Assembly: GCA_009859145.1 (NCBI GenBank)
Contig: VRVR01000014.1
Location: 251,618 to 315,617, forward strand
DNA length: 64,000 nt
Source of the DNA: Andalucia godoyi And28
Taxonomy: Eukaryota; Protista; Jakobida
Reading direction: 5' to 3'
The notes under the pieces are model-generated. The model was not told where the DNA came from. It saw only the letters and a program-made list of their open reading frames with translations, and did no database searches. This document shows, one piece after another, positions 51,798 to 62,876 of the stretch. The first letter of the stretch is position 1. Every line of letters starts with the position of its first letter. A program made the position numbers and the translations under genes.

Positions 51798-52616
51798 CTA
51801 GAGTTTGGAGCGTTGGGTAAACTGCAGGGCGCCGTGGATGCCTTCGGAGTGGACGATTGGGGCCGACGCGGTGATTTCGCGGACGAGGGCTTCGTGTTCA
51901 GGGAGGTGGAATGCGAGCTGTATGGCGTTCTGCCTGTCGCGTCTCATGCAGAGCTGAGGCATGGCTGCGATGTCGCGGGCGATGCGCAGGGCCTCGGCGA
52001 GGGGGTCGTTGGCGATGCGGTTGACAAGGCCGATAGCGAGGGCTTCTTGTGCCGAGACTGGGCGGCCTGTGAGGATGAGATCTAGTGCGCGACTCAGCCC
52101 GAGGAGCCGCGGGAGGCGGATGGTGCCGCCGTCGATCAGTGGGACGCCCTTTGAGCGACAGTAGACGCCAAACACAGCGGCTGGCGAGCACACGCGTAGA
52201 TCGCACCAGCACGCAAGCTCCAGGCCGCCGGCCACCGCATGGCCCTCGATCGCTGCAATCACTGGCTTCGACAGCTCGAGCCGCGACGGGCCCATCGGTG
52301 CGTATCGCGTGTCGTCGTACGGCGGTTGAAGGTCGTTGATGGCGACAGACGGATCACAGGCTGTCGATGCAAGCGCCTTCAGGTCCGCACCCGCACAAAA
52401 TGTCTGGCCGGCGCCATGCAGAATCGCAACACAGGACTTTTCGTCCCGCTCGAACGACTGGAAGGCATCCGACAGCAGCCGCGCCGTCCTCCGGTCCACT
52501 GCGTTCTTCCGCTCCACACGGTCAATGGTAACCACCCATACTTTTCCAGCTTCGTGAACAGACACAGACACTGACACCGGCTCTTCATTGCGTGTCGAGG
52601 GTGCCATTGGAGCCAT
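51798..52616 (-). CDS. Enoyl-CoA hydratase/isomerase (crotonase) with a peroxisomal PTS1
   Basis: RKNAVD, FCAGADL, KPVIAAIEGHAVAGGLELA, GVPLIDGGTIRLPRLLG, LILTGRPV; ends RSKL*. ATG at 52616 or 52607. Confidence 0.92.
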   Translation of the reverse strand: MAPMAPSTRNEEPVSVSVSVHEAGKVWVVTIDRVERKNAVDRRTARLLSDAFQSFERDEKSCVAILHGAGQTFCAGADLKALASTACDPSVAINDLQPPYDDTRYAPMGPSRLELSKPVIAAIEGHAVAGGLELACWCDLRVCSPAAVFGVYCRSKGVPLIDGGTIRLPRLLGLSRALDLILTGRPVSAQEALAIGLVNRIANDPLAEALRIARDIAAMPQLCMRRDRQNAIQLAFHLPEHEALVREITASAPIVHSEGIHGALQFTQRSKL

Positions 52617-53432
52617 CCCAAGCACACCGTGTTGCTTTCTTTTTTTTTTTGTAAGGTTTGCTTTCGGACACGCTTGCTTTTATTCTATTTAATAATAATA
52701 AAATAATCATGTAAATTCACCCAAAACAACGGAAGCTGTTCAAGCAGTTTGGGGCAGCTGACGCGCATGTAAGTGTCGCTGAGCGCCAGAGTGGAAGGTT
52801 GCATGTGCAAGCTGATCCACTGGATCTTCTTGCACGGCATACAGCGGATTACAACGCAAGCTTTGCAGACGGCAGCGACAGCGAACGCCTACATTATACC
52901 CTGAACATGCATATCTACGAATAGACGTGCATATTCAGTCTTGCATCCCGTTGGCTGGAAGGGGATAGGCCCCAACACACCTCACGGCGCTCTTCAGATA
53001 GATGTTCCACGCTCCGTTCCCACTCTCGATCAATCTGCGAGCTACACGCGGGACACGCAAACATTTTGCTTCCGCCGCTCGCGATGCTCGGTCGCCTTAT
53101 GGAACAAACGTTGCAAAAAGTGAAACCATAAAACCAAACCAACGAATGATAGAATAGATGGCTACGGATGCTGCCTTAAAGAGTGTCGAAAATGCGAAGC
53201 CTGTGCCACAGGCTGAATTTTGGCCGAGCGTGCGAAAGCACGGATTCCTGTGAAACAAGCGTGCCAGTGTCGGCCAGTATTGACCGTGTCTGTTTATGGA
53301 TGCTTCCGAATGCATGACAATGACGTGTTGTTATTCAGCGGTAAGATACGCCGTTCTTTTTTAATATACAAAGACAGAAGCAGCAGCATAAGAAGAGTAG
53401 AAAGAAGACGAAGAAGACGAAGACGAGTTACC

Positions 53433-56400
53433 CTAGCTTCGGTATCGAGAAGATCGACCTCGATAATCGGAACGGTAGTCTCTTCGGTCGTCTCTCCGAT
53501 CTTCGTTTCGTTCATTCCGGCGATCCTCCTTTCGCTCCTCTGATACTCGATCACTTCCACGGTGATCATCCTTCCGGTCGTCCTTGCGGTCGTCTTTGCG
53601 GTCATCCTTGCGGTCATCCTTGCGGCCGTCCTTGCGGTCATCTTTCCGGTCGTCCTTGCGGTCATCTTTCCGGTCATCTTTCCGGTCGTCTTTGCGGTCA
53701 TCCTTGCGGCCATCCTTGCGGTCATCTTTCCGGTCGTCCTTGCGGTCGTCCTTGCGGTCATCCTTGCGGTCGTCCTTGCGGTCATCCTTGCGGTCGTCCT
53801 TGCTGCGATCATCTCGGCGGTCATCTCGGCGGTCATCCCTGCCACGATCACTGCGTCGCTCTCGCTCTCGCTCAGTTTCGCGCTCGGCCTCTCGGGGTCT
53901 TTCAGGTTCACGGTAATCGGTTCGTCGTCGTTTGGCAGCTCGATCCCCTGCATCATCTCGATCACGTTTTCGCGATGCAGTATCGTCTCCACCGGCTTCA
54001 CGACTGTCTGTTTCACGTCGATCACGATCACCACTACGGTCACGATCACGGTCGCGAAAAGACGACTCGGTTGAACGATGGTTACGTATAGATCGCTTTT
54101 CCGCATCCGAACCAGCCGCAGAAACAACAGGAACGGGAGCAGGAACAGGAGTGGGAGCGGGAGCGGGAGCAGGAAGGAGCAGGAGCGGCACCCGTAGCCG
54201 AAGCTCGTGTGGACGAGATGGAGGATGAATGCACAGGCTGGTCAAACTGATGGCTCTTGGGAGTTTCCAAGGAGACACCCAGGAGCTGCAAACAGCGTTC
54301 TGCTGCGAGTTGGATATCTCGAGAATATGCGCCCTTGGAGGCGTCGTGACAGCAATGCCGAACCGCAGCATTCAGCTCGCCAAACACGGACCCACAGTGT
54401 ACCCAGACAATGTTGGGAGGGAGGGCTGAAGAACTTTTCAGCACTCCTGAAGCCAGTGGTTTCGTTCGGTCGCGATGGATGGTCGTCTGAACGTCCCGAA
54501 CCGCTTCGGCAAGGCCTGCAAGCACATGCGTCGCGGCGCGCACTCGAGGCCATCCTGCAGAAGAGTGCAAGAAAGGGACCAATACTGCTGCAATGCGAGA
54601 AACTGCGAGAACTCCAAGCAGAAAGTTCGAAACTCCGCAATGGGGGCTTGCATTCTCGGAGAGCTGCTCCTCTTCCTCTTCCAGAAGAGCAAACACGTCG
54701 TCATGCGACTGCGATGCCATATCTTGCCAGTCATCTCGGCCGAAAGCACACAAAAAGGCCTGCGTCTCCCATCGGCCACCAAAGATGCCGCGAACAAACT
54801 CGCCAGCAAACCAAGAAAGAGCACGCGCCTCGTCAGGAACGGCAACTTGAATACCGGCGCCCACTACATAATGAGCTACCGGCTCAATCATATTTCGCAA
54901 AACACGCAACAGGGAAGACTTTTCCCAAGAAGACTCCCGCCATCCAGCGAGCAAGAAGCGGGCCGAAAACACTGCGTCTGCAACCGAAAAGAGGGCACGA
55001 AGAAGGATGTGCCTTCCGTAAAACTGAGGTTTAAGTACCATGCCATTATGCACCGAGAAGAACGAACCGAGCATCGAGTATCGTGTGCGGATACGAATCG
55101 TGTCCATCGCAACAGTCTTCCCCATTCCAGCAAGAAACGAATGGGACGTGGCCCCATCCGAAAGCACAACATCGGATGTCTTGAAGCGCCAAAAAACACG
55201 AATGATTTCCGCAAGAGACGCATCAACACCAAGAACCTCTGCATCCGCATCGGCAATCTCCGTGGATGTCCAACTGGCAACAAGATCGGCATTCTTGTCT
55301 TCCAGGCGACCCGACAGGCGAACCTGTTCCATTGCAGCGCATATGACAAGCACAAGTGAATTCGCCAGTGCATTCAGTCCATTCAGGGAGACTGTCGATG
55401 CTGATTCAGACGACTGTACTATCGCAACCTGGTGCTTGGCAACCAGCTGGGAATCCAGGGACGGTGAAATGGCTCCGAATGCCTTCTCCGTCATGGCACT
55501 TGAAAATGCTTCACGGATGGATTCCATGGTGGAAGCATTTTCATTGAGCGCGTAGATAGGAGCTATGGACGTCAGCAAGAATGGTCCAAACCTCACCCAC
55601 TCTTCCACAGTCATGTAGAACGTCAAAAAATCAACCAATACGTGAATTCCCGAGCGAAGCTCGTCAATCTTGAGACACACACTATGGGCAAGAGAGGAGC
55701 CACCGCGATCCAAAAGAGAGGTGATGTGTGCACGATAGCTGAAGATCCACTCGGAGAGAATGCGAAATCCAACACCTTTTGTCCACTGCTGCACCAGAAT
55801 ATTTTCCGCTGTTGTGGAATCCACATTTTCACGAGGACCTGCATTGGCGGCACCAGCAGCAGCCGCCGCCGTCACCGCCTCGGCGGACTCCTCAGCGATG
55901 CCGTTCTCCGTTTCCGTATTCTTAGTATCGCCATCCCCACCTTCTTCTCCATTTCCCGCCATTTCTGCATCCTTCGCTGCCTCATTTCCCTCTTCTACTA
56001 TGGCCTCTGCTTCTGCGTCGACTTCTGCGTTCTCATTCTCCTCATCTTGTCCGTCATCATCCTGATCCTGATCATCGTCTTCAGCTTGCGCGCCAGCCCC
56101 AGAATCGTCGTCAACGTCGACTGTTCGAGACTTCCGCGACGAAAATGCTGAAGACAACGATAACTTGCCAACCGAAGAAGAAACGATCTGCGCTCGGTGG
56201 TCCGCATACGCCTGGACTCGATTGAGAGTCTCCACATGTTCCAGATGCGCCAGCATCCGGATACACGCGGTAATCAACGGCACTTGTTTCGCCGCATCCG
56301 ATCTCCAAACTTGATGCAAGGTCACGTCAGGTCGTTGCTGAACCAGACAAGCAACAAACAGAGAGGCATTGCGTCGGCGATCGTCATCCTTTTGGCTGCC

Positions 56401-58164
56401 ACTGGACGCTGGACTCCACAGAGGATCATGAGCAACCAGGTGGTCCATCATCGAAACTACATATGATGGCAGGTACCGAAACAGAATGGGCATGGTTTGA
56501 GCAAGCGTTTCACCGTACGCACAAGCATGCGTCCAGACAGCTTGACAGAACGAACCGGGATGCGCGACCGCAATGCCAGTGGTCCACACTTTTCGAGCCA
56601 CCGACAAGGCATCAGGCACAGTCAAAGTCTTCAGCATTTTCCGGATCTTCGAATGCGCAGACGCCAGCATGAACGGAACCATGGGAAACGAAACAAACAG
56701 CTTGTGATAGACAGACAGAAGAGTATCCGTCGTTGTGTCTCGCGAGGCAATTGCAGACATCAGTATTTTAGGATTGCTGGAGACGACCAGCGCGGCGCTG
56801 GACAAGCCAAGAAGCCATTCCACTGTTTTGCCGTCGACTGCCTTCACCGACTCGTGCAGAACTGGAGACGCACCGTCGAACAAGGGTCGCAGAACCACGG
56901 GGAGATTTGAAATTCTCGTCGAGACCATCTCTGGATGGAAAGATGCAGCGACTTTCCAAACAGGATGCATCAGCAACCGCGAAACGATGAGCAGAAATCT
57001 CTTTTCGTCCGCATCGTCTTCCCACGAAAGCGTATTCATCGACTTCATCGCGGGTAACGCATGATGGATCAAAGCAAACAGTACTCTTAGCTGACGATCA
57101 ACGGAAGAGTCTTCCAAAGCGAAAGCGTTCCGGATAGATGCAGCAACACTCTCCAAACCCTGCGGTGCTGGATTCTCCATGAAAAGCGCTACGGAACGAT
57201 CGAGCACCAAAGCAGCGCGATCGTCTGTCCATTCTAGCCAGCTTGGCATCGCCTGCTTCTGCCCTTCGCTGGCCTCCAAGACAACAGGAATGCACCCGGA
57301 GATCAGACCCAGGGCAATCTGATCTGCGGAAACGGGCTTTCCACTGATCAACAACGCGCTGTGAGCGCACTCCAAAGCAAATGACGGTGCATACGTTTGC
57401 AGAGACCAAGCGCTGACACACTGCACAAACAAGTTACATCGCAGCAGGACATTTTCCATTACTGCAAAGGGAACTCGGTATTTTGACATCCATTCGAGGA
57501 GAATAGAGCAAACCACGTGTACATCACCGTGTATTCCTCCTTTTTTCAAAGTTGCACTTGCCAGAGAAAGCGCCACAGCGTTCGAAAGCGACGCAAACCC
57601 TCCTCGTGGTAGCGACAAGATGGACTTACTTCGCAGAGCCGCAAATCGACTGGTGCTCTTCGCGATTAGCTCGGACGCTGTTCGAAGTCTGTCCATCAGC
57701 ACTGCTGCAACTTGGTGGTCGGATCCCAGCAACAAATGGCTGGCCTTCACAAAGTCCATTAGCATGACAAGCAGCAGCTTGTGTGTCGCATTCTGTTCGG
57801 AAGACTGTGTCAGAAACGACGTCAATATGGGCGAAATCGATCGGATCGCCGCAATCGCAGTCGAAGCAGGGACAAATGAAAGGAAGCTGTCCAGCGACTG
57901 GTCCGCCCGGCTCGCGTCCAGCTGCACAGTCGCCAAGATCACAAAGGACAAGATGACGGACATGCTTGGAGTCTGTGAAGCTACGGGAGAAATAGGAATC
58001 AGACTCGCAAGCAGTGAAAACAGCGACTTCGAAGGCTGAAGCACTTGACGCAAGGAGACCACATCGGCATCGGTCGCAACTGCGGTGCTTGAAAACAACG
58101 ACTGCAGCAATGCCGCTTGCGCCTTGAAGCTTATCACGCTCTCCACACTCGCCGTCTCACGCAT
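53433..58164 (-). CDS. THOC2: THO complex subunit 2 (divergent), with an apparent 1-nt frameshift at 54174-54175 before the Arg/Asp-rich tail
   Basis: IRKMLKTLT..AHPG..AYG..FRYLPS and RALFSVADAVFSARFL align with THOC2 (AKYIMKRLT..SNPT..KYD..LKYLTS; RCIFSAIDAVYCARFV, recalled). Joining 58164..54175 to 54173..53433 gives 1576 aa. Confidence 0.85.
53566..53837. repeat. 12-bp coding tandem repeat (about 20 copies, DDRK) in the THOC2 tail
   Basis: GGTCRTCYTTKC units directly visible; they create stop-free frames on both strands. Confidence 0.95.
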
Positions 58165-58363
58165 GAAAATTACTGAAAAACAAAATTAATACATATATAT
58201 GTAATATAACCAAAAACAAAAGAAAAAAAAAAAAGAAAAGGACGAAGAGTAATAATGGGACGAGCCTTTCCTTTCTGTGTTATGCTTTATTGTGCATTTG
58301 AGGGATGCGAGAAAGCCTCAAGTAGGCAAAGAGGGGGAGTGAAAGAGGATCTACGGTGGATGG

Positions 58364-61300
58364 TTACGACAGTCCCGAGAGGGATTGAAGAGCGTCACGG
58401 AGGGCACTCACGGCGTCATGGGGCAGGGCGAGGTCCGAGTCGTTCATACAAAACTCGCATGCATGCACAAAGCGATGGACGTGAACTGCCCGGACATGGT
58501 CGTGTTGCAACACCGCCAAGCAGTAATCACCACCGACGGCGTTCTTTTGTCGAATGACGAACTTTAGGTCCTGGTTGATTTGCCTGAACTTCTCATCGTG
58601 CCGAAACAGACGCTCCAGAACAGCAGTCACAAAATCCTGATAGTCTCGTGCAGCAGAACAGAACCGGCGCAGCGATCCCGTGTACACGTCTTTCATCAAT
58701 GCACCGGTAGTGCTCTCCGACTGTGATTCTTGCGGAGGAGGGACGGGTCGGGACCGCTTCGCCATCGGCATGTCGAAAGTGTCGTTCGGATCTTCTAAGA
58801 AGAAGAAGAACGCATTTCGTTCCTTCACAAATCGCTCTCTCCCCCTTTTCACACAGACTGAATCTCGTCTCATGGACGGCGAGTCGCAGTCGACAAAGGT
58901 CTGTGCATTGGCCATGAAGCCTACGCGGGTGCAGCACTGTTTTGACAGCGGATCCTGTTGCAAAAACTCGGAAAATAGGCGCAAAAAGTCACAAGGAGCA
59001 CTGTTCCTGGGAGCAGTGCACTGGAATTCGAAACGCTGAACATCCGTATCAAACGCCCACAACAACTGAATGGTACACTCTTCGCGACACCGATCTCCCT
59101 CGCCAAAGACGGTGACCCTCGTTCCAGTGATTGGATCGGAATCCTTGGATTTCAAAATCCAAAAAGGTGTCTGTGGATGTCGAGCGAGAAAGCTGATGAA
59201 TCTCCAGAAGTGATTTGGAGTAAGTACTGCATCCTGCAATTCCACAGTCGCCGACTTGCTTTGGACGATGCCGACACAGCGAACACAGAATGTCCACTCT
59301 ACGAACTCGGTCGATACGCTTGACGATTCCCAAAAATCCTCGAATAAGGAAGTCGGATAGCAATGCTCGCGATGTTGTTTGGGCTTGGGCCTTGCACTTT
59401 CCACGGACCACTGCGGAAAGAAGAACCTATCCCCAGGAACAGAGTCGCTGCGCACAGGAACAAGAATCCCAAATGATTCTAAAATGTTAAATACACGGTC
59501 GATATCATCCTCAACTTGCTTCTGCTGGGCCGGGGATTTAGAGGACCACGCTGTATCCGAGGCCGACAGCTGAAGATGCCACCACAGGCGCAGCATGTTC
59601 TTCGCACGACATGCGAGCATAATGCCATGGTTCTGCCACAGCGACGCCTCGCTACGAAGCCGCGCAACTTCATTAACCACTTCCCTGGACATGTTCGAAA
59701 AGTCAGCAGCCACAAAATGCGCACAGGCACGAACGAAGGCGTCAGGTCGGATGACAATGACGGATTTGTCTCCGGGGAGAGCAAAGAAGGAACCCAAAGA
59801 AACAAGTTCGTCAAACGACTCTCGTGCTTCCGTTGTATCCTTACAAAACATGCTGAGACCCGGAAACCTTGTGAAAATATCGGACGACAGGACTGTCATC
59901 AAACCTCGTTCGTGCTGCACCACAGATTCGACTAGCAAGTTCTTAAGCCGTATCTTTGGCAGCTTTTTTTGAAAATCTTGAATACAGCCCAGCAAGCATT
60001 TGGCAAACGTTGTGTTGTCCGACAGTTTGTGATTGCACCGTTCCGCCGGGTTGTTTTCCACCATCAGAAACGAATAAGTCGGAGAGCCAACGGACGTTGC
60101 CAGCCGCGGCACATCGATAAAGTTGAACTGCAGCCGCGCAATGTGCTCCAGCAAGATATCCTCCAGCTCTTTCAAAAAGGACGACGCGTCGCAAACCTCA
60201 CTGTTGGCGTGCGTGCCGATGAGCAAAACAGTTGACAGGCACTCCTGTCGTCCGTCGGAGATCTTGGACGATGTGGCGGCTACTGTGGGGGTGTGAACGT
60301 TAATTGCGTGTACTGCTTCGATTTGCTTCAGCCACGAGAGAATCTGTCTGTCGACTGCCGCAGAGAGGGTCCTCTGCTTCCAGGCATCGTGCAAGGACTG
60401 GAGATTGAAGACACACAAGTACATGCACTGCTTGCCAAAAAACAGCGGATCAAACGCTCGAAACACGTTTTGTCCAGCGAAATCGAACACAGACAAAGAC
60501 ACGGTCTCATTCAGCAGTTCTGCCAAGGCAGACTCGACGATGCTGACTGGCTCCGAGTGAGTCACCATCGATGGCCCCGCAGCATATTCTCTGAACGAGC
60601 TTTTTTGTGAATCAGGATCTTGCTCGGCAGTCGACGAAAAGATGGGAGAAGGCTTCGGGGCACGCCTCTTTTGCATGTCTTCCACCAGGGCCACCGGATC
60701 GTCGCCAGTCATCAAGGAGAACGTCTCGTGATGCGCATAACTGTGGTTCCTCGGGATGGCCAGTGCGGCACGGGAGGCCACTCCATTGGCACTCATTCCA
60801 CCGTCACCGTCGCTGCAGTCGTTCGAGCCAGTCTGCTGGTCGTTTTCAGCCCGTGAAGCGTCCAAACTTTCTTGCAAGACTTTCTGATCTGCAAACTGTC
60901 TTCGCACAATCTTGGAAATCAAAGGCTCGCGTGAGTGAATCGGATTCCAAAATGGAGACTCGCTCTTGAGAGACACGTCTACTACGATAATATCGCCCAC
61001 TTCGGTTCTCGAGATTGTCAAGAGAAAGTCGCTACCTCCAGAAGAAAGATTCCGAATGAGACTGGATTTGCCAGCCTCGCTTTCACCCACGACCAGCACG
61101 CGAAACCGCGACGGTCTGCACACTGTCTTCCTGTCAATATCCAGCTTCTCTATGGTTAGTGGCATATCCGCGTGAACGACTGGAAATCCGATCGGTCTAG
61201 CGAAATTCAGAGTCTTCCAAAAATTTGCGTTTGAGTGCTGTCGAATGCCAGGCTCGACAGCCAATTGAACCTCGCGGTTTCCAACGAAAAACCTTGCCTT

Positions 61301-62422
61301 TTGAATTGTCAGATCGAAATCAGGTCCAATGGGGTGCTCATGAAGCCGCCTGGATTTTGAGGACGTTACCGGAAAAGCTCTGCAGTCGAGTCGAACGGAG
61401 CACACCGCAGGCGGAACAACATCGACGACATCCACATCCGGTCGATTTTGCGACCCGCCGATTCCATAAATTCTGTTTTCGTAAGCAACGCATCCAAAGT
61501 CCTTTCGACTCTCAAAGTTCTTATCGTCAAGGAACGGTACGTCAACGGTCCGCCAGGCATCGACTCGCGGCTCATAGATTTCAAACCACGAATCTCGAGC
61601 AGTTCCACCGACGCAGTAGATGAGATCCTGTACAACCACGGCGGAGTGCCGCATATTTGGCTGATTCAACGGACAACACTTGGCCCACCTCCGCGTTCGA
61701 ACATCCCACCTCTCCACGGACGCCAGTGGAGACGATCCACTCCCAGACGCCCCGCCAATCGCATAAATCGAATCGAGAGAGTCGATCGCAACTGCAGCGA
61801 AATGTTCTCTGGGTTCCAGCATGGATGGGCATTCCTGTCGCGATCGAGACGATGGCAATATCAGGCACTCCACAGAGGAATCTGCCGAATCCAGCTCCAG
61901 ATGTGTTCGTCCGCCAAGCACAAGCAAATGGTCCATTCGCTTGAGCACGACGGTGGAGTGACCAGCTCGCGGAGAAATTGGCGAAGAGAAGCGGATGGGA
62001 CGCAACATATTTCCAGAACTCATGTTTCCTGGTTGGAAGTCCTGCAGGAACGACCATGCCTCCACGATTGGCGTAAGCGACGGCGCAGAATCCGGAAGCG
62101 AAACGATTCCACCGCAGCACACAATCTGGTTCCTGAACATGGTGACCGAGTGGTCATACCTGGGAAGAGTGGACGAGGGATCGCTTGGCACGACGACTTT
62201 CCACCACTGCGGGTGTGACTTACCGACCTGCAGGCATTCAATGCTCGAAATCGTCCGGCCTTTCGCTTTGCCACCGACCACGAAAACATTGCCTACGTCA
62301 TCCACGGCGGCACCAAAGTTGGAGCGGCCATAATTTAAAGACGGACCGATTCGAATCCTTCCGTACTCTGCACCCTGAACGCTATCCCACTCCGTGGCGA
62401 TGCGGTCCGTACCAAATGACAT
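58364..62422 (-). CDS. Roco-family protein (1352 aa): six Kelch repeats, Roc GTPase, COR domain, short helical C-terminal domain; no kinase
   Basis: Six Kelch GG motifs (VFVVGG, IVCCGG, LLVLGG, IYAIGG, IYCVGG, IYGIGG); P-loop GESEAGKS (61064..61087); Roc switch II FDFAGQ (60470..60487); G4 GTHAN (60203..60217); COR-like LVSLGSFF..VIVIRPD and ILESFGILVP..RFFFP. ATG at 62422. Confidence 0.88.
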   Translation of the reverse strand: MSFGTDRIATEWDSVQGAEYGRIRIGPSLNYGRSNFGAAVDDVGNVFVVGGKAKGRTISSIECLQVGKSHPQWWKVVVPSDPSSTLPRYDHSVTMFRNQIVCCGGIVSLPDSAPSLTPIVEAWSFLQDFQPGNMSSGNMLRPIRFSSPISPRAGHSTVVLKRMDHLLVLGGRTHLELDSADSSVECLILPSSRSRQECPSMLEPREHFAAVAIDSLDSIYAIGGASGSGSSPLASVERWDVRTRRWAKCCPLNQPNMRHSAVVVQDLIYCVGGTARDSWFEIYEPRVDAWRTVDVPFLDDKNFESRKDFGCVAYENRIYGIGGSQNRPDVDVVDVVPPAVCSVRLDCRAFPVTSSKSRRLHEHPIGPDFDLTIQKARFFVGNREVQLAVEPGIRQHSNANFWKTLNFARPIGFPVVHADMPLTIEKLDIDRKTVCRPSRFRVLVVGESEAGKSSLIRNLSSGGSDFLLTISRTEVGDIIVVDVSLKSESPFWNPIHSREPLISKIVRRQFADQKVLQESLDASRAENDQQTGSNDCSDGDGGMSANGVASRAALAIPRNHSYAHHETFSLMTGDDPVALVEDMQKRRAPKPSPIFSSTAEQDPDSQKSSFREYAAGPSMVTHSEPVSIVESALAELLNETVSLSVFDFAGQNVFRAFDPLFFGKQCMYLCVFNLQSLHDAWKQRTLSAAVDRQILSWLKQIEAVHAINVHTPTVAATSSKISDGRQECLSTVLLIGTHANSEVCDASSFLKELEDILLEHIARLQFNFIDVPRLATSVGSPTYSFLMVENNPAERCNHKLSDNTTFAKCLLGCIQDFQKKLPKIRLKNLLVESVVQHERGLMTVLSSDIFTRFPGLSMFCKDTTEARESFDELVSLGSFFALPGDKSVIVIRPDAFVRACAHFVAADFSNMSREVVNEVARLRSEASLWQNHGIMLACRAKNMLRLWWHLQLSASDTAWSSKSPAQQKQVEDDIDRVFNILESFGILVPVRSDSVPGDRFFFPQWSVESARPKPKQHREHCYPTSLFEDFWESSSVSTEFVEWTFCVRCVGIVQSKSATVELQDAVLTPNHFWRFISFLARHPQTPFWILKSKDSDPITGTRVTVFGEGDRCREECTIQLLWAFDTDVQRFEFQCTAPRNSAPCDFLRLFSEFLQQDPLSKQCCTRVGFMANAQTFVDCDSPSMRRDSVCVKRGRERFVKERNAFFFFLEDPNDTFDMPMAKRSRPVPPPQESQSESTTGALMKDVYTGSLRRFCSAARDYQDFVTAVLERLFRHDEKFRQINQDLKFVIRQKNAVGGDYCLAVLQHDHVRAVHVHRFVHACEFCMNDSDLALPHDAVSALRDALQSLSGLS

Positions 62423-62876
62423 GACTTCTGTCGCATGCAGCCGGGACCCGGCAAAAGCAAAAGACAAACACAGCAACGAAAATGTCGATCGTCGACGTTG
62501 CCAATGCACTTGTCTTTTTGATGTCTGTTGCACCTAATGTGTGTGCAGCCGGAGTCCTGTGTTTTCGTTTTGCGGGAGAGATTTAAAATAATAATAAAAG
62601 AGCATCCGAACGAAGCAAAAGGCTTGGAGACGGGTTATTTCGCAGTCGTGTGTGTGCTGCTGCTCTTGCAAATTGCTCCCACGCGCGTCTCCACCCATCA
62701 CGGTATCTGTTATTATTATTATTATTATTATATTTTTTTTTTGGCGCGCAAAACGACTGGAGAGAGCGGGGCGGAAAGCGCCGTGAAACCCGTAATGAGG
62801 GAACAACGTTCCTTGTCAGTTCAGATTCTTTACACTACGTAAATCAAAAAACGCAAAAGGAGAGCGCATCTCGGCA

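Noticed and set aside
53294-54127. Long overlapping ORFs in the 12-bp repeat (TARM, AVIL and RSSL repeat proteins, incl. 53562..54074 and 53584..53916)
   Set aside because: Stop-free frames are an automatic result of the 12-bp DDRK repeat. Only the DDRK frame continues the THOC2 tail. Not a CRISPR array: no unique spacers.
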